DNA of 64,000 nucleotides from Eledone cirrhosa (GCA_964016885.1 OZ024751.1:10292001-10356000); one strand, 5' to 3'. Shown: positions 40,267 to 53,535, counted from the stretch's first letter. Made by a program: numbers and translations. The notes: a model not told the origin generated them from the letters alone.

Positions 40267-40312
<46 letters not shown>

Positions 40313-40638
40313 GAGATCGAAGTGCATTCATTAAATGTAATGCACACAATACAATAATATAATGGAAGGTGGGCGGTGTGGAGGATATATACAAAGAACT
40401 GTACAAAATGAGACGTAAAGACGATGAAAGGAACATCAATGTTGCATGATATTAAATATCTCGCCGACTCTCAGGTGTGTGTGTATATGTATATATATAT
40501 ATATATATACACGACAGAGTCGGCGATATATATATATATATATATATAGGGTATCCCCCAAAATACATACATTATATTATTAAAATGCTGTTGAAGTGTG
40601 TATACATTTTTGGGGACACCTATGTGTAGGTATGCGTG

Positions 40639-40675
<37 letters not shown>

Positions 40676-40795
40676 TTCGAATGAAACAGTTCTAGTCCCG
40701 TAGAAGCAATTTCTATATTAAATATTTATACTCTGCTATATATTGAGTACCTTACTTACAGTGGTTACCCCAGATTGAACCCATTATACACACAC

Positions 40796-40842
<47 letters not shown>

Positions 40843-40884
40843 CTTCAAAATATTAATAAATAGACATTCATGTGATCAGATATA

Positions 40885-40946
40885 TTTTATTATACATATT
40901 TCAGAGGTACTGAGCTATTTCAACAGTACGTCCTCATCAGATAAAA
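40885..40946 (-). ncRNA. Type I hammerhead ribozyme motif (mirror copy)
   Basis: Reverse complement reads TTTTAT-CTGATGA-GGACGTACTG-TTGAAATAGCT-CAGTACCTCT-GAAAT-ATGT-ATA-ATAAAA. Confidence 0.8.
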
Positions 40947-41050
40947 TAAGTTGATGCTTGACATACCTTGACTATGTTGATGGTTATAATTTACTGCCAT
41001 GGCAGAATTATAACCATCAACATAGTCAAGGTATGTCAAGCATCAATTTA

Positions 41051-41112
41051 TTTTATCTGATGAGGACGTACTGTTAAAATAGCTCAGTACTTCTGAAATA
41101 TGTATAATAAAA
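41051..41112 (+). ncRNA. Type I hammerhead ribozyme motif
   Basis: TTTTAT-CTGATGA-GGACGTACTG-loop-CAGTACTTCT-GAAAT-ATGT-ATA-ATAAAA. Canonical core, 6-bp stem I, 9/10-bp stem II, cleavage triplet AUA. Confidence 0.8.
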
Positions 41113-41483
41113 TATATCTGATCACATGAATGTCTATATTTATTACTATTTTGAAGTAATATTAATAACTGAAAAAAACCCTCTATGGAGTGCTTCTAAT
41201 CTATTGTGAAACTTTATTCTTTGATTTATTCATTGAACCTTGTTTAACCTTTAATCATATATATATATATATATATATATATAGCATCGTGTCATCCAAC
41301 AGATGAACTGAAGATATTTAGAATCAATACGTCACTTTTACCAACATGAATACTGAATACACATACTGTTTTTCACACACAGCAATTGTGTAAGAATGTA
41401 TGTATACACATTATATATATACACACACACCACCCGCCTCAGTAAACCACGAATCTAATGAACCACCTAATATTATATATCCC

Positions 41484-42343
41484 GGCAGTATCGGTAGAGG
41501 GTCGGACGCCATGCTTTGCAGCAAAGAGTTACGGCCCTTTATGATCTGAGTTCAAATCCCGCCGAGGTTAACTTTGCCTTTCATCCTTATTAGGTCCATA
41601 AAATAAAGTACCAGTAATGCCCTGATATAATTGCTGGCCTTGTGCCAAAAGTAGAAACAATTATATATCCCATTCATTTTCAAACTTTTATCACCACTCG
41701 GAGGAGAAGGAATGCTATATATATATATATCAAATCCCGCCGAGGTTAACTTTGCCTTTCATCCTTATGGGGTCGATAAAATAAAGTACCAGTAATACAC
41801 TGAGTATTTGCTGGCCTTGTGCCAAAAAAGTAGAAATAATTATATTATATTATCCGCGCGTTTCACAGAGCGGATTATCAACCCGCTCGCTGAAATGCGC
41901 GTCCTCGAATATGGTTTGGTAATTTGTTGTGGAACTAACTCTATACAGATTTCGTCCTCTGAACTGTGTGCTCTATTTACTACGGATATAAACTACCGGC
42001 TTTTTACCATAATGAAAAAGAGTGAAAAACGGGACAAAACATCAACAAGCAGGACAGTAGAGAAAGAGATGATATAAATAAATTTTTTTTTTTTTTAAAC
42101 TGCGGAACGTGACAAACTATATAATAACTGTTTCTTATATAGACACAAGGCCAGCAATTTTAGGGGAGGGAAAAGTCGATTAAATCTACCCCAGTGCGTG
42201 ACTGGTACTTTATTTTATCGACCCGTAAGGATGAAAGGCAAAGTTAACCTCGGCGGGATTTGAACTCAGATCATAAAGGACCGTAACTCTATGCGTCAAA
42301 GCATGGCGTCCGGCCCTCAACCAATACTGCCAATCCACTGCCC
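41484..42343. mobile_element. SINE family A copies (41484-41662 +, 41730-41838 +, 42128-42343 -)
   Basis: Same A/B boxes and core as 7443-8072. Confidence 0.85.
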
Positions 42344-42708
42344 TTGGACAAACTATATAATAACGTCACATTTTGGTCTTCAACTAACTCCACTTTCTAA
42401 ACTAACAGTTTTTTAACTAAGGAAGGATACTGATTTGGCACGTAGAGAAGTAGATATGATAGTAGTAGTAGGTTGAAAAAACCATAATAAAAGCCGATAA
42501 AATAAAGTACCAGTAATACACTATGAGTTAGGAAGGACTGTCCGGGTAGTTTATATAGAGAGAATGGTTTTCCGAAAAGGAACGAGTGGGAACTACATAT
42601 TATTAAATAAAGTACTAATACATTAGTAGAGAAGGTACATATTTATTACATATATAAATATATAAGTGACTTCTACGGGACTAGAATTGTTTCATTCGTT
42701 TGAAAATC

Positions 42709-42751
<43 letters not shown>

Positions 42752-42815
42752 TGTCCCAAAAGAATATATACACACTTAACCAGCATTGGGGACCCTGTAT
42801 GTATGTGTGTGTGTG

Positions 42816-42852
<37 letters not shown>

Positions 42853-43130
42853 CGGAAGAAATGTGGTAAGGAACCAGGTGGACCATAACGCACCAAAGTA
42901 CTCAATACTTAGGGTAGTAGAGTGGGTAATAGGAACGAGTAGGACCCCGACGGCTGAGCTCAAGCCGTTTCGACGGCTAATTCTGGACTAAATTTAGTCC
43001 ACGGGGTCCTACTCGTTCCTATATATATATATATATATAGTGAAAAAAGAACGGGAACAAAACAGAAAAGCAGTACGAACAAAGGTTTATTAGGTTCACG
43101 CTCTTGAGAGTGAGGTGGTGGTGGGGAACC

Positions 43131-43188
<58 letters not shown>

Positions 43189-44258
43189 GGTGTCCCCAAT
43201 GCTGTTGAAGTGTGTATATATATATATATATGAGGGAGAGAGAGAGTGAGTGAAGAGAGTGAGAAAAGAAAGAGAGTGTGAGAGATATGTAAGGCATGTG
43301 TATAATTGTCTATTTCATTATAACGTAAATAATTGCGAAAAGGGCAGTGCGTTACTGTAAAGTTGGAAATATTGTCCATAGCTACCTCCTCATTTTAGAC
43401 TTGTTTATGTGTACGTTCTCAAGTTAATGAAATGTAAACACACATCCTAATGATTAAATAAATATATTTTCTTTTCAGAATTTAGTGATAAAAACAATTT
43501 ATAGTGGAGACAGTAGTAAGATTGCTGATCTTTCTAACTGACTGTGTCACCGCCTCTTTACGAATGGTTTGTATTGTTATTAAACTCTCAAACATATTTA
43601 TTGGGGTTGACACGAAAGTGAAACGTCGCTCCACATATATCGGTTTGAACTCAACCCAAATCGACATTACTTTTTCATTATTTCATGAATCGATACAATA
43701 ATTACAAGTCTATATAATTACAACATGAATTATATATATATATATATCCCCCCAGTAAAAATGTTGGCATTCTTTCAAGTCGAAAGAAATTATACATTAG
43801 GAAACCTGTCCGAAATAATATATTAGCGTTGTATTAAATATATTTGAGTACTAATAATTGTATTGAAGCCGTTGTTGGGGGACACTTGGTATTTCATCTA
43901 TCTAGTGTCAAATTATTTGGGTGCGTATTTGTAAGGTTCCTAGCAATAGCGAATTGTTTTTATTATATGGATTTATATTTTCATTCTGGAAGAATTATGA
44001 ACAAATTATAATGTTATTTATACAACTGTGAATAAAAACTTTTACATACTGACCCCGAACAATTATTTACTGGGAACAAAAGAAGAAAAATATTTCTTTA
44101 ATAATTTCGATACATAAATAAGATTTTCCTGTACTTTTTGTTTTTTATTTTTTATGGGTTAACAAAGTTTTTTTTTTCTTAATAGATAGTATTTATTCTC
44201 TCTCTATTCTACAAAAGTTGGTTTGGTGGAAATAAATTATTCATATAATAATACTTAC

Positions 44259-44750
44259 CATTTTAATTAACGAAGCAAAGACTTGGTTATACAAACATAA
44301 CTAGATTTTTTTTATGTGTTCCTGGCGATGTATAAATTCCGGTGTGGTTTAATCCCAAAGTAAGAATTTAATAAAGGGGCGAATGTGAAAGAACTAGAGT
44401 GACAGAGAAAGATCTAAAGATATTAATATTAAAAGAAATAATGATATACGTCCTTTCATTCTCAAGCCATCGTAATATTTTATCGTCTTCTCTTTTTCTG
44501 AGTATTTTCCGCTGTTTCGTACAACAATGTTCCGTTTTTCTGTACAGATGAAATATTTATATTTATATTTATTTATTTGTATCAGTTATCGATACTGATA
44601 TTGATTTTTATTTATATCATTTGTTCTCTGTACCGTTGTCCTGTTCTGTTTAGACTCCTATTTCGTTTCACACATCGTTTGAATTAAATGTTGCATGATT
44701 CGTCACCGTACACAAAACAAAATTTGACAATTGTGAGCTAGAACGTGATA
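44259..44750 (-). promoter_or_regulatory. Candidate non-coding first exon / promoter region of the Lrrk-like gene
   Basis: The ATG exon has an acceptor, so an upstream exon must exist. There is a strong minus-strand donor ATG|GTAAGT at 44258 in a repeat-free stretch with visibly more CpG. The 5' end is unknown. Confidence 0.4.
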
Positions 44751-44804
44751 AGTTCTAATATTCTTGATTACTGCTACTGATAGTGATGATAGCAGTTGTG
44801 TCAT

Positions 44805-46152
44805 TTGGATTGGCAGAATCGGTAGAGCGTCGGAAAAAATGCTTTGCAGTATTTAATTACGGCTCTTTACGTTCTGAATTCAATTCCCTCCGAGGTGAGC
44901 TTTGCCTTTCATCCTTACGGGGTCGATAAAATAAAGTACCAGTAATGTACTAGGCTCGTCTTAATTGACAGTCCCCTCCCAAAAATTGCTGGCCTTGTGT
45001 CTAAATCAGAAACCATTATTATTATTATTATGGTCCTTCTTTCATCTCCGTTTTGTATGTTCCATTCCCATACCGGTTTAAATAAGTTCAGTTATTTAGC
45101 TTTGCTTAACTATCTCAACAAGTTCTTATTATTGCAAAGTATAACAGCTATCGTTGTCATATCAAGTGCGTTGGTGTTCTCTCTCGCTCTCCCCATCTCT
45201 CACTATTATAAACAGATGGGAGCCTACGCACTAGTCACTCCGTGGCCCCGGTGGACAGAATTTGGTGTTGTATGTATGAGGCGGTGTCTCAAAGTGTACG
45301 GTGTAAATAATTGTCCAGCAAATTAACCAATACATTACTGGTACTTTATTTTATCGACCCCGTAAGGATGAAAGGCAAAGTTAACCTCGGCGGGATTTGA
45401 ACTCAGAATGGCAAGAGCCGTAACTCTATGCGTCAAAGCATGGCGCCCGACCCTCTACAGATACTGCCAATTCACCGCCCCTATTTACGGTGTAAATAAT
45501 GGTTTCTGATTTAGGCACAAGGCCAACAATTTGGGGGGGGAGGCAAAAGTCAATTAAATCGACCCCAGTGTGTTACTGGTACTTTATTTTATCGACCTAG
45601 TAAGGATGAAAGGTAAAGCTCACCTCGACGGAATTTGAACTCAGAACGTAAAGGGATGTAACTCAATGCCATAAAGCATGTTGACCGATGCTCTACCGAT
45701 GATGGTGCAGGGTCATTCTCATTGCATTTATTAAAGATTACTCTTTATTTATTTATCTATATTTTTCTTGTATTGTAATCATTAGTATGTATTACAATTA
45801 TAACTGTTATAGCTACTGTTTCCCCTGTGGCGGCGTTGGTGATATCTCCTTACTCGATGTAAACACAACTCTCTATTGTTTTAAATCCTTGTTCGGCCGC
45901 ACCACCCGCCTCATCTTGGGCCGTGCGGACCAATGAATGAAAGCATTATTATTGGCAGAGTCGGTTGAGCGCTCGACACCATGCTTCGCAGCATAGAATT
46001 ACAGCTGTTTACGTTCTGATTTCGAATCCCGCCGAGGTTAGCTTTGCCTTTCATCCTTACGGGGTCGATAAAATAAAGTACCAGTAACGCACTGGGTCGA
46101 TTTAATCGACTTTCCCGTACCCCCCAAACAATGTGCCTAAATCAGAAACCTT
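44805..46152. mobile_element. Four SINE family A copies in mixed orientation; further copies near 95-230, 2484-2668, 8250-8445, 27440-27588, 38560-38700, 57163-57340, 62910-63045
   Basis: 44805-45020(+), 45320-45482(-), 45498-45700(-), 45950-46152(+). Confidence 0.85.
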
Positions 46153-46580
46153 TGTTATTATAGTTATTTGTTGTTGCTGTTGTTGTTGCTGTTGTTGCTA
46201 CTGTCGCTGCTACTGTCGCTGCTACGCCTACTGCTGCTGCTGCTGCTGTTGTCATTGTTTATTGAGTAAAGATAATAAATTGACTGCGAATTAAATGTCA
46301 GCTCTAAATCATTAGGAAATGCATTTTCAGTGTTCAATGTAAACAGTAAAGTGACGCACTGCAACAGAAACTGCAGCCTACATAAGATGAGCAGCGATGA
46401 GAAGATCACAGCCGTTCCAACCATCTACTGCCTCATCTATAGCGTCAAAAATGTCAATCAACTGACATTGTTGAAATTATCTCCCTTGGTTTTTGTTTTT
46501 TGTTGGTGTTTTTTGAGATTCTAAACACCTCTTGATGGAGTTTTTGTCTATTAATTGTGTTGATAATATCATTTGATGGA

Positions 46581-46626
<46 letters not shown>

Positions 46627-46863
46627 AAGGCGTGTGGCTGAGTGGTTAGAGAATTGGATTCACAATCGTAAGGTTGTGAGTTCGATTCCTGGACCAGGCG
46701 ATGCGTTATGTCCTTGAGCAAGACACTTTATTTCACGTTGCTCCTTCTACCTGGAGTTGCGACCGATAGATAGTATTAGCAATTGGAAAGACCAACGGAA
46801 TCATTGTTCCCTCGGTCCGATTTGACGAAAGTCGATCGTTCCTATATATATATATATATATAT

Positions 46864-47030
46864 ACTCCGTGGCTACTAAAGATAGATGGTAGCCACGGAG
46901 TAGGCAGACCCAGAAAAACCTGGGACAACCTGATAAATTCCGACCTCACACACTTACACCTCTCCAAGACAATGTCACTGGACCGAGATCTCTGGCGGTA
47001 CTCAGTAATAGAGAAGACCCGCCTTGCCTA
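46864..47030 (+). mobile_element. RTE-like 3' fragment with a 5' fold-back
   Basis: GRPRKTWDNLINSDL...DRDLWRYSVIEKTRLA*. A 14-bp inverted repeat lies at its 5' junction. Confidence 0.7.
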
Positions 47031-47542
47031 AATACAAAGTAAACCTACTACAGTCAGTAGGCATCTCTAACAAAATACGCCCCCGTCACACCACCCCCAC
47101 CCCATCCACACCACCCCTTCAATGTAAAGTTATGTTGGTGCCACAACATCCAGGCCGAAACAAATGAGATCGTGTAGGTGTCACGACAAAAAAACACACA
47201 GTCCACGCTGTAATGTGGCCGTGTAGGCAACACGGTAAAAACCTCCCAGTCCACACTGTAAATGTGGTTGGTGTTAGGAAGGGCATCCAGCTGTAGAAAA
47301 CACGCCACACAGTCCACGCTGTAATGTGGCCGTGTAGGCAACACGGTAAAAACCTCCCAGACCCACACTGTAAATGTGGTTGGTGTTAGGAAGGGCATCC
47401 AGCTGTAGAAAACCCGCCAGACAGTCCTATGCGAGCAAGACAACCACTCTTGCCTCAAGTGGGAAAACTCTCGTCCAAACCCATGCAAGCGTGGAACATG
47501 GACGTTAAACGATGATGATGATGATGATGATATATATATATT

Positions 47543-47741
47543 TAATTAGAAAGTGAACAGCGCAAAATATAACTACTCCATTACCAAAGGTTCTGGATCC
47601 CAGACAATATTAATATACGTCTGGATCGGTCATGACATATATTAATACTGACCGATCCAAACGTATATTAATATTGTCTGGGATCCAGAAACCTTTGGTA
47701 ATGGACTAGTTATATTTTGTGTTGTTCACTTTCTAATTAAA
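47543..47741. mobile_element. Fold-back element (~90-bp arms) with partial hammerhead motif
   Basis: Inverted repeat taattagaaagtgaac...gttcactttctaatta containing TCCAAAC...GTCTGGGATCCA-GAAAC-CTTTG-GTA-ATGG. Related rearranged copy at 52790-52920. Confidence 0.7.
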
Positions 47742-47799
47742 TAGCTCTGTTCTATACATAGAGCACTCTTTTTTCCTTTGCTTTTCCTTTGGAATTACC

Positions 47800-47848
<49 letters not shown>

Positions 47849-47850
<2 letters not shown>

Positions 47851-48140
47851 GGAACCAGTAAGACCCCGACGGCAGAGCTCAAGCCGTTTCAACGGCTAAT
47901 TCTGGACGGAATTAGCCGTCGATACGGCTTGAGCTCTGCCGTCGGGGTCTTACTGGTTCCTATTACCCACTCTACTACCCCAAGTATTGAGTACTTTGGT
48001 GCGTTATGGTCCACCTGGTTCCTTACCACATTTCCTTCGTTATATATATATATATATATATAGGAAAAGAGTCAGGACCCCGACGGCTGAGCTCCGGCCG
48101 TTTCGACAGCTACATCCGAACTGGTTCCTTACAACACTTT
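47849..48140. mobile_element. (TA)n-associated non-autonomous repeat family with fold-back; other copies at 5697-5851, 21480-21525, 40193-40250, 42852-43021, 53597-53700
   Basis: Shared sequence aaatgtggtaaggaaccaggtggaccataacgcaccaaagtactcaatacttagggtagtagagtgggtaatagga...gaccccgacggctgagctc..gccgtttcgac. The reverse strand reads GAAAC-GGC-loop-GCC-GTC-GGGGTC. Confidence 0.75.
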
Positions 48141-48160
48141 CTTTGTTCTTTATATATATA

Positions 48161-48238
<78 letters not shown>

Positions 48239-48369
48239 CAAAGGGATATTTAATTTGTTGGTAATTCAACAAATATATTTATAACAGATTCGAAGCATTC
48301 AACAAGTTTTCTGGAGTATAATATCAATGATATTAATAAATGGAAACTATATTTATAAAACCATATTTA

Positions 48370-48426
48370 TTCTATTATATATATTTCAGGGGTACCAAAA
48401 CTTTGGTATGCTCTCATCAGATAAAA
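48370..48426 (-). ncRNA. Type I hammerhead ribozyme motif
   Basis: TTTTAT-CTGATGA-GAGCATACCAAAGTTTTGGTACCCCT-GAAAT-ATAT-ATA-ATAGAA. Stem III region is the palindrome ATATATAT. Confidence 0.7.
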
Positions 48427-48769
48427 TACAAAGTTTGTTTTATAAATATTGACATATGAGACCTTAACAGTTCAAGTTTCACCTGGATAGTCATATATAT
48501 ATATATATATATATATAGGGAGTTGTATATATATATATATATATATATATACCGTCCAAACCCATGCAAGCGTGGAACATGGACGTTAAACGATGATGAT
48601 GATGATGATGATGATGATGATATATACAACTCCCTATACTACATATGTGAGAATGAATAATAAATATTTTATTGTTCAGGTGTTGTGTCAGTGAAACAGT
48701 CTCTACTTGGTTGCTCGACCTGGTAAAAATAGTAGTTACCAAGTCACTCCATGTCTTAACCAAAGAAAG

Positions 48770-49320
48770 GACACATGAAGTGTGTACAGGGTCTGGGTTT
48801 AGGGTCTCCATTGAAACAAAGGCTTTACATGAAGTGTATACAGAGACTGTCTTTACAGTCTCTGTTAAAATGAGGGTTTTACATGAAGTGTATACAGATA
48901 CTGACTTTAGGGTCTCTATTGAGAAGGGATCTTTACATGAAGTGTATACAGGGACTGATTTTAGGGACTCCGTTGAAAAGAGGACTCTACGTGAAGTGTA
49001 TACATTGACTGTCTTTAAAGACTCCCTTGAAAAGGGGGCTTTAGATGAAGTGTATATGGAGTCTGACTTTAGCATCTTCATTGAGAAGAGGGTTGTACAT
49101 GAAGTGTATAGAGGGACTTTTAAGGACTCCATTGAGAAGAGGGTTGTACATAAAGTGTATTGAGGGGCTGTTTTTAGGGATTCCATTGAGAAGAGAGCTT
49201 TATATGAAATATATATAAGAGGCTGCTTTAGGGACTCCATTGAGTCTTTACATGAACTATAAACATGGTCTGGTTTTAGGGGTCTCCATTGAGAAGAGGG
49301 CTTAACATAAAGTACATACA
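48770..49320. repeat. 54-bp minisatellite (~10 diverged units)
   Basis: acatgaagtg recurs at 48773, 48827, 48881, 48935 and onward. Confidence 0.9.
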
Positions 49321-49407
49321 AACAGATTAGAGTCTCACTTTGAGTATAAGGTGAGAGGAGGGAGGGGGAACTTCAACCAACTGAGACTATATTCACAATT
49401 TCAAGAC

Positions 49408-50137
49408 TTAACCCTTTAGCATTTAGTGAAGGTACATGGCTTAGTAGTTAGGGCATTCGGCTTGCAGTTGAGAGGTTGTGAGTTCGATTCTTAGACCAGG
49501 TGGTGATTGTGTCCTTGAGCAAGACACTTTATTTCACGTTGCTCCAGTTTACTCAGCTGTAGAAATGAGTTGCGACGTCACTGGTGCCAAGCTGTATCAG
49601 TCATTGCCCTTCCCTTGGACAACATCAGTGGCGTGGAGAGGGGGAGACTGGTATACATGCGTGACTACTGATCTTCCACAAAACAAACCTTGCCCAGGCT
49701 TGTGCCTCAGAGGGACACTTTCTAAGTGCAAAACCATGGTCATTCGTGACCAAGTGGGGCCTTATAATTTATAATATAATCCGGCCAGAAATCTCTCACC
49801 TCTTTCTGTTCAAACCTCCTGTAACTGGCCACTCATACTGATGTTAAGGTAGTGTTCTCAAAATAAATAACATCAAAATGTCATAGATTCAATAATCGGT
49901 AGAGAGTCAGACGCCATGCTTTCCAGCATAGTTACGTCCCTTTACGGTCTGAGTTCAAATCCCGTCGAGGTTAACTTTGCCTTTCATCCTTACGGGGTCG
50001 ATAAAATAAAGTACCAGTAATGCACTGGATAATTGCTGGCCTTGTGCCTAAAGTAGAAACAATTATTATGTGAGATGAAGAATTTACCATGAAAATGCAA
50101 TAGTATATATAGAGTAATTGAAATGCTAAAGTGTTAA
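49408..50137. mobile_element. TTAA MITE interrupted by SINE B (49425-49765) and SINE A (49896-50066)
   Basis: MITE sequence resumes colinearly after each insert. Confidence 0.85.
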
Positions 50138-50479
50138 ACTCCCTTCAGAGATCGGGGGAGGAGGGTCAAATTCTGAGAAGCCAGCAAAGGAAAGAACTCC
50201 TGCAGTGTGGAATCAACCTGCTATCCAGAATCATTGATCCAATTATCCTGTCAGCCAGGACCAAAAGGCAGGCGACATGTTAGAAAACATGCTTTCTACT
50301 TGATAGATTGGTTCTGGCTTGATAGATTCATTCACTGAAACTGGCTTTGTTGCTTCATCCTCTTTTTTCTCTTTTTGTTCTTTTCATTTCTTTTTTTTTT
50401 TCCTTTAATATTATGTTCTGTTTTTATCAGATACTGCACAATAATTTTTATATAATGTCATTGGTTTTTCTGTGACATT

Positions 50480-51056
50480 GTGAGATTTCCTGAGAGGGTC
50501 GTGTGGGGGCAGAGTCCTCAAACACTCCTTCCAACAGGTCCTGTAAGAAGCAACCGTCTCCAACTGATTTGGCTGGATACCCAAGCAAGACCAGCCAAGC
50601 CCATGGATGTTATCCAACCATTTTGCTCGGGGTCTACCCCTGGGTCTCCTGCCAGTTGGTTTTGCCCATAAAATCTATCCAGCAATTCTTTCCTGAGACA
50701 TTCTAACCACATGCCCTTAGTATCAGAGCTGTGATCTCTCAATTTGCAGAAGTAGCAGCTCTACCTGGAGTGACTCTCTGATCTCTGAGCTACGAACTCT
50801 ATCGAGTAACGTTACTCCAAAGACCCTTTGGAAGAACCCTATTTCGGCCACTTGTATTCGCAATTGTATTCTTTCAGTCATTAACCAAGATTCATGTCCA
50901 TGGGTAAATGGTTAGCATGAATACTGAATTAAAGATAGCGCGTTTGGCTTTTATGCCTACCTCCTTTCTTCTGATTACTGAATGCTGAAGCTGGTGCATT
51001 ACTGCACCAGCTCCTGCAATTCTTGCACTTAATTCAGTCTCCTGCCTTCCACCACT
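50480..51056 (-). mobile_element. Second-family RTE-like LINE fragment; shorter pieces at 8658-8908(-), 13318-13612(+), 38100-38290(+)
   Basis: Homologous to 28940-29465 (GRQETELSARIAGAGAVM...KEVGIKAKRAIFNSV). Confidence 0.85.
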
Positions 51057-51119
51057 CATAAAACATGTGCCCAACATACTTGAACTCCTCTACCTGCTTC
51101 ATTTGTTTTTGTTTTGTAT

Positions 51120-51500
51120 TTTTCATATTTACATATCTCTATGTATCTTTTTTTATTTTGTTTTGTTTTGTTTTTTTGGCTTCTCAACTGTAAAAAAATA
51201 CTAAACACTTTTCCTAGTCTGCCATGACTTACTAGCTCTATACGGACGTTTAAATTTATTTTTATTTTTGTATTCACTTGTTTCTATATATCTTGTTATT
51301 TTTGTTTCTCGACTGTAAAAAGTGATAGACACTTCCCTAATCTGCCATGACTTACTAGCTCTATACGGACGTTTAAATTTATTTTTATTTTTGTATTCAC
51401 TTGTTTCTATATATCTTGTTATTTTTGTTTCTCCACTGTAAAAAGTGATAGACACTTCCCTAATCTGCCATGAATTACTAGCTCTATACGAACATGTAAA
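51120..51500. repeat. 123-bp tandem repeat (~3 units, with a diverged 4th near 51610-51710)
   Basis: ctgccatga(c/a)ttactagctctatacg at 51219, 51342 and 51465. Confidence 0.88.
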
Positions 51501-52061
51501 TGTATTAAATAGATAAATAAATAAATAAATAAATAAATACTTTATCTTTTTTTATGTCTATTTTGCCTCCTGTTAGTCTTCCCTATATATTTTTGTATGT
51601 TATTTATTTTCACATATCTCTATCTTTTTTTTTCTCTTGTTTCTCAATTGTAAGAAGTACTAGATACTTCCCCTGGTGTGTCATGAATTACTAGCTCTAT
51701 ACGGACGTATAAAGTTACTAAATAAATAACTCTATTCTCAACATCATTTAACCGCACCCAAATTAAATATAATTCTGATAATTTGAAAACTACTACAATT
51801 CTTATACAATACTATACAGTTAATATCTGAAAATATTTGAACAAGCCACTTTTTGGAGGATGGGATAGAGTTGGTAGGTAGGTAGGTAGGTAGGTAGGTA
51901 GGTAGGTAGGTAGGTAGGTAGGTAGGTAAGTAGGTAAGTAGGTAAGTGTGTCAGTGGGTGGGTAGGTGATAAAGGGATAACTTAAATAATTTGTCATTAT
52001 CTTGTGACTGACTGATATTCACTCATTTATTTACACAAGGACATGTCACAATGAGGTCTAC

Positions 52062-52595
52062 ACACCACCAGCACCACCATCACCACCACCACCACCATCA
52101 CCACCACCACCACCACCAACACCACCACCACTATCACCACCAACACTACCACCACCACCACCATCACCACCAACATCACCACCACTATCACCACCAACAC
52201 TACCACCACCACCACCACCACCACTATCACCACCAACACCACCACCACTATCACCACCAACACCACCACCACCACCACCAACACCACTATCACCACCAAC
52301 ACTACCACCACCATCACCACCAACATCACCACCACTATCACCACCAACACTACCACCACCACCATCAGCACCAACACCACCACCACTATCACCACCAACA
52401 CTACCACCACCACCATCAGCACCAACACCACCACCACTATCACCACCAACACTACCACCACCACCACCATCAGCACCAACACCACCACCACCACCACCAA
52501 CACCACTATCACCACCAACACCACCACCACTATCACCACCAACACTACCACCACCACCACCATCAGCACCAACACCACCACCACCACCACCACTC
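52062..52595. repeat. (CAC)n-type repeat
   Basis: Direct inspection. Confidence 0.95.
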
Positions 52596-53424
52596 CATCT
52601 GTCACATAACAATGCAGAGAAAACCTTTTTTTTAAATAGAAAACAAAGCCCTCTACTGTGATATTTCTCTACACAAACAACACACACAGACACACATACA
52701 TATGAACAAATACACGCATACACACACACAAACAACACACATCTATCTATCTATTTATCTATATGATATATATATATGTTTTATGTGTTAGGTAATTCCA
52801 AAGAAAAAGCAAAGGAAAAAAAAGAGTGCTCTATGTATAGAACAGAGCTATAATGAATGATCCAGACATATCATATATTAATATTGTCTAGGATCCAGAA
52901 ACCTTTGGTAATGGAGTAGGTTTTTGGTAGGTTTTTCATTTTAATTCATCCTTTTAATTATTATGTTTCTCCTATACCCCTCTTAGCTTATATTCTCTTC
53001 ACGCTGGTGGTTAAAATCTTGTAAATGAAAACACACTCTCCTGTGTTTTTCCTCCCTCTATATATTGTATTTTAAAGTGCCCAGGAAAACTCTTTCCTTT
53101 GAGCTCATTGAATTACAGGATTATACGCAAGTCCTTTACTTCGTTATTTTACTGTATACGTATATATATATCACCTTGACCGACAAGTCTATTGGGCGCC
53201 AATCGGCACCGCTGGTCACAGCACATCGTGCTGTTTAAGCCATAAGATAACGCCATCCCACTGGCTGGGCAGGCAGGCCGGTACTTATTTCTACAGCTGA
53301 GTAACTGGAGCAACGTGAAATAAAGTGTCTTGCTCAAGGAAACAACACATCACCCGGTCCGAGAATTGAACTCACAACCCTTCGATTGCAAGCCCAATGT
53401 TGTACCCACTAAGCCATGCGGCTT

Positions 53425-53478
<54 letters not shown>

Positions 53479-53479
53479 C

Positions 53480-53535
<56 letters not shown>

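Larger units (their letters stand above)
40840..41160. mobile_element. Near-perfect ~320-bp palindrome carrying two inverted hammerhead motifs
   Basis: Arms of about 155 bp centred on ctgccatggcag (~41000). Starts at a (TA)n tract. Confidence 0.85.

Noticed and set aside
38920-40357. YI/HT-rich ORFs (also near 21000, 53400 and 59000)
   Set aside because: (TA)n/(CA)n microsatellite translations.
43482-43701. Short overlapping ORFs in unique sequence
   Set aside because: No recognisable protein features and no consistent exon partners.
48491-49321. 276-aa repetitive ORF
   Set aside because: A 54-bp minisatellite whose unit is a multiple of 3. It runs into SINE and TA sequence, and no domain was recognised.
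52027-52738. Poly-His, poly-Val and poly-Gly ORFs
   Set aside because: (CAC)n repeat.
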